A stretch of 64,000 nt of DNA from Schmidtea polychroa (taxonomy: Eukaryota): NCBI GenBank assembly GCA_044892525.1, contig CM097887.1:53196001-53260000 (forward strand). Direction: 5' to 3'. This document shows, piece by piece, positions 35,101-42,600 of this stretch. Below the pieces are notes generated by a model. The model saw only the letters and a program-made list of their open reading frames with translations, had not been told where the DNA came from and did not search any database. A program made the translations under genes and the position numbers. The stretch's first letter is position 1. Every line of letters begins with the position of its first letter.

Positions 35101-36261
35101 GGTAGATCTTTTCCAAAGTATGCAATAAAAAGGGTCCCATTATTGGATAAAATTCATATATATTCAACATGTACCCAAATAGTATGGTTTTATCTGTGTG
35201 GGTCAACGGAAGAAATAGAAATAAGTAATCTATTAAATCACTTTAACCCACCTGTAAGATTGAATTTCAATAAAAATATTTTCGTGGCTCGTCAATTAAC
35301 AGTCAATTATGAATACACTTGGCAAATAACAGAGTTACTATTTCAAAATAATAATACAAAAATACGTAATATAATCCAAATTGAAATATTAACAAAAAAT
35401 TTAAACAGTCTGGTTTCAATAGAACCAGTAGTGAATGGAATCGACGTATATTGGGAACCCCACGAATCCCAAAAAGTGAAATTAATATTCCAAAATAATA
35501 TTATCGATACATTAAACATCAGAAAACCCTTTGTCCATTACAATAATTTAAAATTAAATCAAACGTATGATATCGTTGTGCAATATTATGAAAAGCTTTT
35601 GCGGGAAAATGGTACCGAAATCGATAACCAGTGGGTAAAAATTGAGTCTACTCGACAATCCATAAAATTAGAAAATGAACCAAATCGTATTATTTTACGA
35701 TATGATAATCAAAAATGGATAGCCACACGACAAGCGATAACCAATAACAAAGTGGAAATTTATTATTGCGGAAAACTGCAAGCTATATTGCAAGGTAATA
35801 TTACATCTAAAATATTAACATTTCAGCAAATACGTTCAAAGTCAACTTCAAAAATTGTGATTGTAAAGATAAAATATTATCAACGTGCTTTTCATCCCGA
35901 TCATTGGAAAATCGTTCTAGTGGAAAGTAAATCTATTCGAGTACCATTTGATACAGCTGAGGTAGAAAGCTCAAAAAATATGCACAATTCATCAACCAAT
36001 GTGATTCATCAACTCATAAATGACATTAATTCTTCTTTTATTAATGGAACACAAATTCCAAGAAATAAAACTACATTCTCATTATCAAATGATTTTGAAA
36101 ATACTTATGTTATTTTGTCATCTATCATCATCAGTGTGACACCATTTTCCATTATCATTCTTCTCACTCTACTGATTTACTTTCAAAGACTGAACAGACA
36201 ATATGAATGTCAATCCAAGACCTCACAACCTTGGATTGTCTACGAGGAAACATGGGTCTAG
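26107..36261 (+). CDS. Gag-UBL-UBL-Bcl2-like-Env-PR-RT-RH-IN-membrane protein polyprotein, copy 1 (3384 aa; first ATG 26116)
   Basis: Retrotransposon Gag core; 4 CX2CX4HX4C knuckles (26890-27297); WIKRNGGW (29149); signal segment (29272-29337); Cys-rich glycoprotein with TM (29338-31131); LLDSGS (31609); YIDD (32821); TDAS..E..TDH (33268 onward); HHCC, DDE and GPY integrase (about 33850-34940); C-terminal TM (36109-36183). Confidence 0.97.
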   Translation: MENMATSNSNINEQISVSTTQANNGNDYASCQKLPVEQYGGDPVQFVDFMADYYMYATAYGWSQATMVQRLPLYLKGAAREAWQQIDKRPIANDWTRLKDALAAKLIGGDIKRMMRQKFYSRVQKPEESISEFAYHLTTLAEKAFEVKPDQEEVAKQVKELLQDQFLTGVKKEIKKALCFVDFTNFDDLIRKAMRIEMNLKTTQSKAESFAIINEPRDRSITPVSDNLLQRSTSPSPKFRVKFEQRKSTDSPNEERERTLQCSHCQRMGHHINQCWFKNNIRRSPSPVQCDYCQRKGHSNSQCWFKNNEQRSPKGMRSEWLKSNGEKSFNRTNISNQRTNDNIQCYNCGRKGHVTRNCFARSRSLSTSPSPQRDRVNLQGQIQCHSCRGYGHMARSCPKSNNIFQRPILKKTRFQKDKSQSDNIAFAQTDDFNERIENEMKQMSRRLDRLMCKFESDEELSNHMMYESQSKGSEADSKEKLDKEDIEREKVTMIILRINRFIKERATETSKVISSLKELSQMTMSIQNLKNVIELCADYYDTNLKDEKEIENVMQIFAKTYRESTWLDFILINVLDENEKEVACIRCEAGDCVDDLKNRLEENNGKQIIELKFKNRCLRNDEFLIDCGFIPGNKNKVIAKMTRRYENVKSDPQKIVNELREAFDEWNKNAIDEKLKLVEETEFDENSKLEIVNVVRPYVYKNSKYKEILKGLLRKFGKEIRETRIELKPFVIALDYKNEGEIEYIEEHWCTKVGKLRKRAAERMGKDGIIQLIFKSEELDDDEYLYDCGFIPQELDVDGYLCSDTGYSLNYVIVIKNQISNKGYESDRSNDEIERDNENERRVENEGVLDNKDIGTNDKDKGIITEVLKEGQETKSEVNSEIKTKKPRTLYEIKKSLVKSELEVGETKELLKNLDKLIYPMFEIKLNTKYELGDTVNEMEKKLPSVMQRFGENDDFCNRGVMKTLTKNGIDKEVVLTSLTYAVLEIGAHKIMESDELENLIDAAARVLNEYLMNWIKRNGGWTKLVKVLTINENNEINIPHKSLNGRVSPILRKTMVFPWVMFMIIVLCAIITQTTCMTAFDCSQTEMGKIYSVVDVSECSDAYPRKLKVEKDVKYHVYQESDLRRTKVRECIVKSTTFIFYCWKWSHTSLIKMYTIPRPVEVMPENCLAAFQTEELKISSKIKLKAKINHRTRETVVTKGLMKQDGDCEGEPYKVSGKIIQKAVVIEEYLTELREFEGAFDDDTGKLQTHPFCNMKQNNCQTGGSILVYEVKTNVCNLAHLKTMNFKEISGEQFRERPDNINVNYGVNMTIRSTPVWTRKTATVLMSIIPMDAMRFILKEVTNKCGQTVYSTNYKGVYVSTVRVQEAKTRIHTGDIKLTHYFNNKIDYLFHYSQNTMENIYREIILNDCKLNKEILRNRMAMAITNPNLVAPMLISENGVFARIFGEALYSYKCKEVSVKIMKYEKCTNELPVSVDGKMRFMEPITRILLDENTKPKLLQCNRLLAPLYLLAPDSWVALPDYRGVRTPDKLELINLEYLVNFTSLNKMAQLGLYASEDIEEAQRNLLFPSKKERVISEMIDTILPNGESKVNYEYLLTPDHFKKATYKTMEKIWGKFMFLGQACAGLIGIYVIVVTIKVILSQILSAHRIYKISGWSWKIIIGCIPFIARFFITHHQYKEMENVRAQLKTDQKSEESLCESRDRNSGNNTNNDNGRNEQMYFRKEIMKSEVKPESRCLLEQMPKLTGIDTLSKWYTPVFLPTAPTYLSERLKEMKPVEHIKLEAERIEPTSAEIERKNMLGLPCSYALMTIGNRGKQPRTNILFNERKVKALLDSGSSHTIVSDKLLTREERAKMKPTNKIIKSMSHNVLNIIGKLEVKLIIGNQEITHYVSVMSKSPVECLIGMDVMEQLRGIALDLTTGKLIKGQLDTVANKPREVVLNQTLEIPARSEIICYASVANTSDDECVFEPSRKLVEKYELPMCDEIVQVKDQAVPVRMANLSTKSIQMKPNTKLGKLMKFKTEEAQKLPRNIKIYRKPQVTSNDLTDAQKQQFMALLKKYKRVFAKHEYDLGLTQVIEHEIPLLDETPIKLRPYRIPYIHQEESDRQIKAMKEFDIIRDSSSPFSSSIVVVKKKDGDLRFCVDYRKLNQATRKDPYPIPVPPEMFDQMGEVQFITVIDLNKGYNQFKVKEEDRRKTAFSDGKGLYEFNVLPFGLTGAPATFQRGMNFVLRDIPHALVYIDDIIIFSNNFQEHLEDVETVFQRLLKANLKIKPSKCEWGKSEVVYVGHIISRRGLQPNPENVEKIKNYPIPKNVDHVRQFLGLASYYRKFIKNFAHVAQPLNILLKKQAQFKWTKTQQEAFESLKESLIKKPILRCPNFKIPFILMTDASNFALGAVLGQQVEGERDHVIAYASRTLKPHEKNYSTIEKETLALVYGITTFRQYLVGRRFVVFTDHNPLQWLMKHRDSTSKLIRWSIALQEYDFEIKYRTGKSNANADTLSRIPEENNNNNEKTNYNDTIFMVIKSANNIKELQYDQENDEELNQLRKNAVTIKKESDWKHIVEEKHKYIIHEGLLKCVKNENLLIIVPAKHREALLLIYHDGALGGHLSARKTLSRLKLKYYWETMEQDVKQWCHTCKVCLTRRNTGRKIKVPLRPMPVPAAPMEMTAMDIVGPLPETINGNKYIVVFCDYLTKWPEAYAMQNQKAETVAKILVENIIFRYGAPKKLLTDQGTNFQSELFSSISELFGILKLSTSPYHPQTDGLVERFNGTLINMISSYVNRKQRDWDLFIKPCLFAYRNAVNESTGETPFYLMYLRRNNMPIDLKFQTPISQYMDISDYKVIMHERLQSVWAQAGLKIRHSQETYKESYYKKAHAHNIKIGDLVYVNKPEPEKGLSPKLQRPFKGPYIVCDTTETNLKLHPQNNKKAGTIIVHANRCKKVPAMESDRYPLRSKKNKSVEEKVVKQKVIKNPVPLGYTTKVLLITTMMLLNVLGTKAGRSFPKYAIKRVPLLDKIHIYSTCTQIVWFYLCGSTEEIEISNLLNHFNPPVRLNFNKNIFVARQLTVNYEYTWQITELLFQNNNTKIRNIIQIEILTKNLNSLVSIEPVVNGIDVYWEPHESQKVKLIFQNNIIDTLNIRKPFVHYNNLKLNQTYDIVVQYYEKLLRENGTEIDNQWVKIESTRQSIKLENEPNRIILRYDNQKWIATRQAITNNKVEIYYCGKLQAILQGNITSKILTFQQIRSKSTSKIVIVKIKYYQRAFHPDHWKIVLVESKSIRVPFDTAEVESSKNMHNSSTNVIHQLINDINSSFINGTQIPRNKTTFSLSNDFENTYVILSSIIISVTPFSIIILLTLLIYFQRLNRQYECQSKTSQPWIVYEETWV

Positions 36262-36622
36262 TGAGATACATTTATTTTGCATGCAATTATGATATTATAA
36301 TAGTACTGTATTAGTAGTAACTTTTATGATAGTTGTAAAATTTGCACCTTTCAATCAAAGAGAAATATGATTGGCTGAGAGGGATAGAAAAATAAATATG
36401 AACTAAATTTTATGGGAAAGAAAATTTAATAACTGTACATAAGGGGTCGTAAAAATAATTAAAATCAGTTTAATTAATTCAATCAAAAAATTAAGATCTT
36501 TCAAAATTGAATAGGTAAATTTTTATTAATATTTATTATTTATACAGTGATCACCAAGGCAGTGCCCCTGAGGTACTCTACCGTGTTGATCACTTCAATC
36601 TTAAATTCTAACAAATTTAATA

Positions 36623-38065
36623 GTGAATATTTCAGTAATGGAACAAATCCAAAGAACTAGAGCAATTTATGATGGATATTTGAAGATACACCGCAACCAC
36701 GTGGGACAAGATGCCATCACCATCAATGACAACCTGAAAATCCCAAACTACTTGAGGGTGGACGACAGAAAAATGAAAACTCAAATTTTTAAAGTGAGCC
36801 GGAAATCGGTGAAAATAATAGAAGAAGATGAAATCAAGGATGGAAATGAGTACACGCTACACGTGATCAAAGGGAAAGTGGAGGTAATAGACGAACGACA
36901 AAAAGTCTATTGGGAATTACACCAAGGATCATCGTGGAAACTGCAGAAAGAAACCTTGAGGAAAAGGTTGAGAGCATCCAATGAAGATTCAAGAGTTGTT
37001 GTGGAAACACGAAGCCCGAACGAGGAAAATGAAATTCCACAAACCACTTCAAAATTGCCAGATGATCCAACCATGCTTCCAATTACTACAGAAATGCTGA
37101 AAAGAAGATGGTCATTTATTCGAAAAGAAATGAGTTTGGAGGAGATACGGAACCGAATTGTGTTTATGGATGCAGAATATGGAACATCAGAAAATAATAA
37201 AATGATTCCATTGTCAATAGCGATGATGAATTATGAAGGGAAAATAATTAAAAATTCATATTTGACACCAAGAGGAAGATTGCGTCATTTCAATTCCAGC
37301 ATTCATGGTATCACAGAGATTGCCAGTAGAAACCAATGCGACCAGTACACGGAGATGCGAGAAGTGCAAAAACTAACTGTTGGAAAAATTTTAGTGGGAC
37401 ATGATCTTCATGCAGAATTGGAATATTTGAAAATCTGGACAAATCAGTTGTACGGAATTAGGGATTTAGCAACAGCACAGGCACTCCAACTGAAAGGAAT
37501 AACAAGGAAAGGAGAATTCTTTAAACTTAAAACAGTGGTTGAAGAAGTACTCGGAGAACAAACACAAACTGGTATTCACTCAGCATTGGAAGATGTCAAA
37601 AAAGTACGGAGAGTGTACAGGGAAATTGAGAATTTATGGGAAGATGATGTAAAAATCCAGAAAATAGTCCCATCAAAGAAATATTCTTTAGCCGAATATC
37701 AAAAACTTCATGCGATGGACAAAATACCAACAACGAGTGGAACATCCTGTGAGATAGTAGAACAAGTTGATCTAACAATTGAGGAACAAATGGAAATTGA
37801 CGAAGCACCGTTGAAATGGGCAACGGAAGAATATTTGGAGCCGATCAAGGAAAGCCTCGAAATGATAATAAGTTCATCGATCCACAGAATTCCGGCATCA
37901 TTCGAACATGGGCCTATACTTCATTTAGAGAATAGGAAAAGAAAATCGACAACAAAAATCGAAGCCAGCGAATCCATCATGGTGAATGGAATAGTCTATT
38001 ATCGGGAGAAAACATATATCCGCTACAAGAGTGAGGCGGGAGAAATAGAATTAAAAATTGATTAA
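36623..38065 (+). CDS. ORF2, copy 1: REX4/ISG20-like DEDDh 3'-5' exonuclease with N-terminal beta-rich domain (first ATG 36638)
   Basis: VFMDAEYG (Exo I, 37169), IHGIT, ILVGHDLHAEL (Exo II, 37397), IRDL, GIHSALEDV (Exo III, 37577). Confidence 0.9.
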   Translation: MNISVMEQIQRTRAIYDGYLKIHRNHVGQDAITINDNLKIPNYLRVDDRKMKTQIFKVSRKSVKIIEEDEIKDGNEYTLHVIKGKVEVIDERQKVYWELHQGSSWKLQKETLRKRLRASNEDSRVVVETRSPNEENEIPQTTSKLPDDPTMLPITTEMLKRRWSFIRKEMSLEEIRNRIVFMDAEYGTSENNKMIPLSIAMMNYEGKIIKNSYLTPRGRLRHFNSSIHGITEIASRNQCDQYTEMREVQKLTVGKILVGHDLHAELEYLKIWTNQLYGIRDLATAQALQLKGITRKGEFFKLKTVVEEVLGEQTQTGIHSALEDVKKVRRVYREIENLWEDDVKIQKIVPSKKYSLAEYQKLHAMDKIPTTSGTSCEIVEQVDLTIEEQMEIDEAPLKWATEEYLEPIKESLEMIISSSIHRIPASFEHGPILHLENRKRKSTTKIEASESIMVNGIVYYREKTYIRYKSEAGEIELKID

Positions 38066-38319
38066 TTATTGTTATATATGTTATGATTAATAAAAACTTT
38101 CCCTCGTCTTATATATATAGTAACAAATTATTATTATTATTATTATTGTTATTGTTACTATTATCATATTATTATTATTACTATTATTATTAATTCACTA
38201 CTATTATTAGTGATACTATTATTATAAAATTATTATAAAGTATCGTTATGGTATTGAGAATACTCTTCCATCTTAATAAATAATTAATAATCGAATAGAT
38301 TCGAGGGCGAATCTTAATT

Positions 38320-38330
38320 AAAGGGGGAGA
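38320..38330 (+). promoter_or_regulatory. Polypurine tract, copy 1
   Basis: AAAGGGGGAGA, separated by 2 nt from the LTR start TGTTG at 38333. Confidence 0.9.
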
Positions 38331-38332
38331 TA

Positions 38333-39139
38333 TGTTGGGGTTAGAGCAAAAATAAAATAAATTTCACAGGGTACCAGAAAACAGAACAAAAAATGGTAAA
38401 ATCAATATAAGTACAAAATTAATTAAAATTTAATAAAAATTAAAAATCAATATTGAACGGGGGTATCGGGTATGGTTGAATGCCAAATTGTTAGACGAGG
38501 TTAGAAAGTATAATAAAAATGTAATAGGGTGACCATAGAAAAAGTTAATAAGGAAAAACAAATTAATTAAAATTAATTAATCTGTAATGGAAAGCCCGAG
38601 CCAATGGAAAGCCCGAGCCCATGGGAAACCCGAGCACTGAAGAAAACCCGATGCGCAGTGAGACCCGAGACACCAGATAAGGGAATAACAATTCGGATAA
38701 TAATCGCAGGGTAAATAAATTTAAATAATTGTCGAACCGTTCCAAATTTACTTAGGGTGCCCGGGGAAATAATTAATTTCATTTTGTTAGATAATTGGCC
38801 TCTTAAAAACAGTATAAAAGGAGAGCTTAGAAATGAGCAAGCCGCCATTTGGTCGAAGAGAAAAAGGAAAAATCTAAACAGAAAGTCCAGCAGGGACAAG
38901 TTAAAAGAGGAAAATTTGTGAGTTATAAAGAAGCTAAATCGTACAAGACAAGGTAATTACCCCTTGGGTTTCTTACCTTAGCGAACCAAATTCAAATTGA
39001 GAGAAAGGTGCAAATAGTGACAAATTGTAATTGTGATAAAAAGTGAATAAAGTTATTCTGTGTTGAGTTTTCGTTGATTTGGTAAAACAAGGACACGAGG
39101 AGTCAGAGACAGGACCGACTTACAAGTAAAAACTCAACA
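38333..39139 (+). repeat. LTR2 (shared middle LTR, 807 bp)
   Basis: TGTTG...CAACA termini, preceded by the PPT and followed by the PBS. Confidence 0.97.
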
Positions 39140-39142
39140 TTT

Positions 39143-39160
39143 TGGTGAGCCCGACGTGAT
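39143..39160 (+). promoter_or_regulatory. Primer binding site, tRNA-Trp, copy 2
   Basis: TGGTGAGCCCGACGTGAT. Confidence 0.9.
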
Positions 39161-39244
39161 CAAGTCGGCAGTGAATATTGTGGAAAAGTGAAAAGAGAAA
39201 ATTGAAAATAATTGAAAGTTGAATATAATTGCCAAGATATAAAG

Positions 39245-39395
39245 TGAAATTAAATTTGTTAAAGAGAAATTAAATTGAAAAAGAAAAGAAAAAATTGAAA
39301 TTAAATTTGTTAAAGAGAAATTAAATTGAAAAAGAAAAGAAAAAAATTGAAATTAAATTTGTTAAAGAGAAATTAAATTGAAAAAAAAAAGAGAA
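39245..39395 (+). repeat. 5' leader tandem repeat, copy 2
   Basis: Identical to 25745-25895. Confidence 0.9.
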
Positions 39396-39606
39396 ATTGA
39401 ACAAATTGTGAAGTTGAAATAAAAGAGTGAAAGCTAAAAGATATTGAAATTAAGTTGTGGAAAAGTTACAAAAATTTATAAAAACTATTATTGGAAATTA
39501 ATTCAAAATTAAAACAAAAGGTAAAGTTAAAAATTGTAATTTTTTAAAATTTAGACAAGAAACAGTTGTCCAAGAGAAATTATACAATCTAAGAAGTAAA
39601 AAACAC

Positions 39607-42600
39607 TTGGAAAATATGGCGACGAGCAACTCAAATATCAATGAACAAATCTCAGTGTCTACTACTCAAGCGAACAATGGAAATGATTATGCCAGTTGTC
39701 AAAAGTTACCAGTTGAGCAATATGGAGGAGATCCAGTCCAATTTGTTGACTTTATGGCAGATTACTACATGTATGCCACAGCTTATGGATGGAGCCAAGC
39801 AACTATGGTACAACGTCTACCATTATATTTAAAAGGAGCTGCGCGAGAGGCTTGGCAACAGATTGACAAACGACCTATAGCAAATGATTGGACAAGATTG
39901 AAAGATGCATTGGCAGCCAAGTTGATTGGAGGAGATATAAAGAGAATGATGCGCCAAAAGTTCTACAGTCGAGTGCAAAAGCCCGAGGAATCCATAAGTG
40001 AGTTTGCTTATCATTTAACCACTCTTGCAGAGAAAGCGTTCGAAGTAAAGCCAGATCAAGAAGAAGTAGCAAAGCAAGTCAAAGAATTACTTCAGGACCA
40101 ATTTTTGACAGGAGTCAAGAAAGAAATCAAAAAGGCTTTATGTTTTGTTGATTTTACAAATTTTGATGACTTGATTAGAAAAGCCATGAGAATTGAAATG
40201 AATCTTAAAACGACTCAGTCAAAGGCGGAATCATTTGCGATTATCAATGAGCCTCGAGATAGATCTATAACCCCAGTCAGCGATAACTTGCTTCAAAGAT
40301 CAACCAGTCCATCTCCCAAGTTCAGAGTGAAATTTGAACAAAGAAAGTCAACAGACAGTCCAAATGAGGAAAGAGAAAGAACTCTACAATGCAGTCATTG
40401 CCAGAGAATGGGTCATCACATAAATCAATGCTGGTTTAAAAATAACATTCGAAGAAGCCCTAGTCCGGTTCAGTGTGATTACTGTCAAAGAAAAGGACAT
40501 AGCAATAGCCAATGTTGGTTCAAAAATAACGAACAGCGTAGTCCAAAGGGAATGCGGTCAGAATGGCTGAAAAGTAATGGTGAGAAAAGTTTTAACAGAA
40601 CGAATATCAGTAACCAGAGAACTAATGATAACATACAATGCTATAATTGTGGAAGGAAAGGACATGTCACTCGAAATTGTTTTGCAAGATCCAGATCTCT
40701 ATCAACATCACCCTCACCGCAAAGAGACAGAGTTAACTTACAAGGCCAAATCCAATGTCATTCCTGTAGAGGCTATGGACATATGGCTAGATCTTGTCCA
40801 AAGAGTAATAATATATTTCAAAGGCCGATATTAAAGAAGACGAGATTTCAGAAAGACAAATCGCAATCTGACAATATAGCTTTTGCGCAAACAGATGATT
40901 TTAACGAGAGGATTGAAAATGAGATGAAGCAGATGAGTAGACGCTTGGATCGATTAATGTGCAAATTCGAATCGGACGAAGAATTGAGTAACCACATGAT
41001 GTATGAGTCGCAATCAAAAGGATCAGAGGCAGATTCTAAAGAGAAATTGGATAAAGAAGACATAGAAAGAGAAAAAGTAACAATGATTATACTGAGGATC
41101 AACAGATTTATTAAAGAGAGAGCAACAGAAACATCTAAAGTAATCTCATCGCTAAAGGAATTGAGTCAAATGACAATGAGCATACAAAATTTGAAAAATG
41201 TAATTGAGTTATGTGCCGATTATTATGATACCAATTTAAAAGATGAAAAGGAAATTGAAAATGTGATGCAAATATTTGCGAAAACGTATCGAGAAAGTAC
41301 ATGGTTAGATTTTATTTTAATTAATGTTTTAGATGAAAATGAGAAAGAAGTAGCTTGCATTCGGTGTGAAGCAGGAGATTGTGTAGATGATTTAAAGAAT
41401 AGATTAGAAGAAAATAATGGGAAACAGATAATAGAATTGAAGTTTAAAAATCGATGCTTACGCAATGATGAGTTTTTAATTGATTGTGGTTTTATACCAG
41501 GAAATAAAAATAAAGTGATAGCAAAAATGACAAGACGTTATGAAAATGTAAAAAGCGATCCACAGAAAATTGTAAATGAGCTGAGAGAAGCTTTTGATGA
41601 GTGGAATAAAAATGCAATTGATGAAAAGTTGAAATTAGTAGAGGAAACGGAATTTGACGAAAATAGTAAATTAGAAATTGTAAATGTAGTACGTCCATAT
41701 GTATATAAAAACTCGAAATATAAAGAAATATTAAAAGGTTTATTACGAAAATTTGGAAAAGAGATTAGAGAGACCAGGATAGAATTGAAACCATTTGTAA
41801 TAGCGTTAGATTATAAAAATGAAGGAGAAATAGAGTATATAGAAGAACATTGGTGTACCAAGGTTGGTAAATTGCGAAAGAGAGCCGCTGAAAGAATGGG
41901 AAAGGATGGAATTATTCAATTGATATTTAAAAGTGAAGAATTAGATGACGATGAATATTTATACGATTGTGGGTTTATACCTCAAGAATTAGATGTAGAC
42001 GGATATTTATGTTCAGATACAGGATATTCACTAAATTATGTAATAGTAATTAAAAATCAGATATCAAATAAAGGATATGAGTCCGACAGGTCAAATGATG
42101 AGATAGAAAGGGATAATGAAAATGAAAGAAGAGTTGAAAATGAAGGTGTACTAGATAACAAGGACATAGGAACTAATGATAAAGATAAAGGTATAATAAC
42201 AGAAGTATTAAAGGAAGGGCAAGAAACCAAAAGTGAAGTGAATAGTGAAATAAAGACTAAAAAGCCTAGAACTTTGTATGAAATAAAAAAGAGCCTGGTG
42301 AAGTCAGAATTAGAAGTGGGTGAGACAAAAGAGTTATTAAAGAATTTAGATAAATTAATATATCCAATGTTCGAAATAAAATTGAATACAAAGTACGAAT
42401 TGGGAGACACAGTGAATGAAATGGAAAAGAAACTTCCTAGTGTTATGCAGAGATTTGGTGAAAATGATGACTTTTGTAATAGAGGGGTCATGAAAACTTT
42501 GACGAAAAATGGAATTGATAAAGAAGTAGTACTAACAAGCTTAACATATGCAGTTTTAGAGATAGGAGCTCATAAGATAATGGAATCAGATGAATTAGAG

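Noticed and set aside
26141-35206. Many 60-144 aa ORFs overlapping or antisense to the polyprotein (and their copies at +13,500)
   Set aside because: They are shadow frames of an A-rich coding strand, with no recognisable motifs.
26107-38065. Strong A-richness of the element's plus strand as evidence of editing
   Set aside because: Common in retroelements of AT-rich genomes; the ORFs are intact and I could not quantify it.
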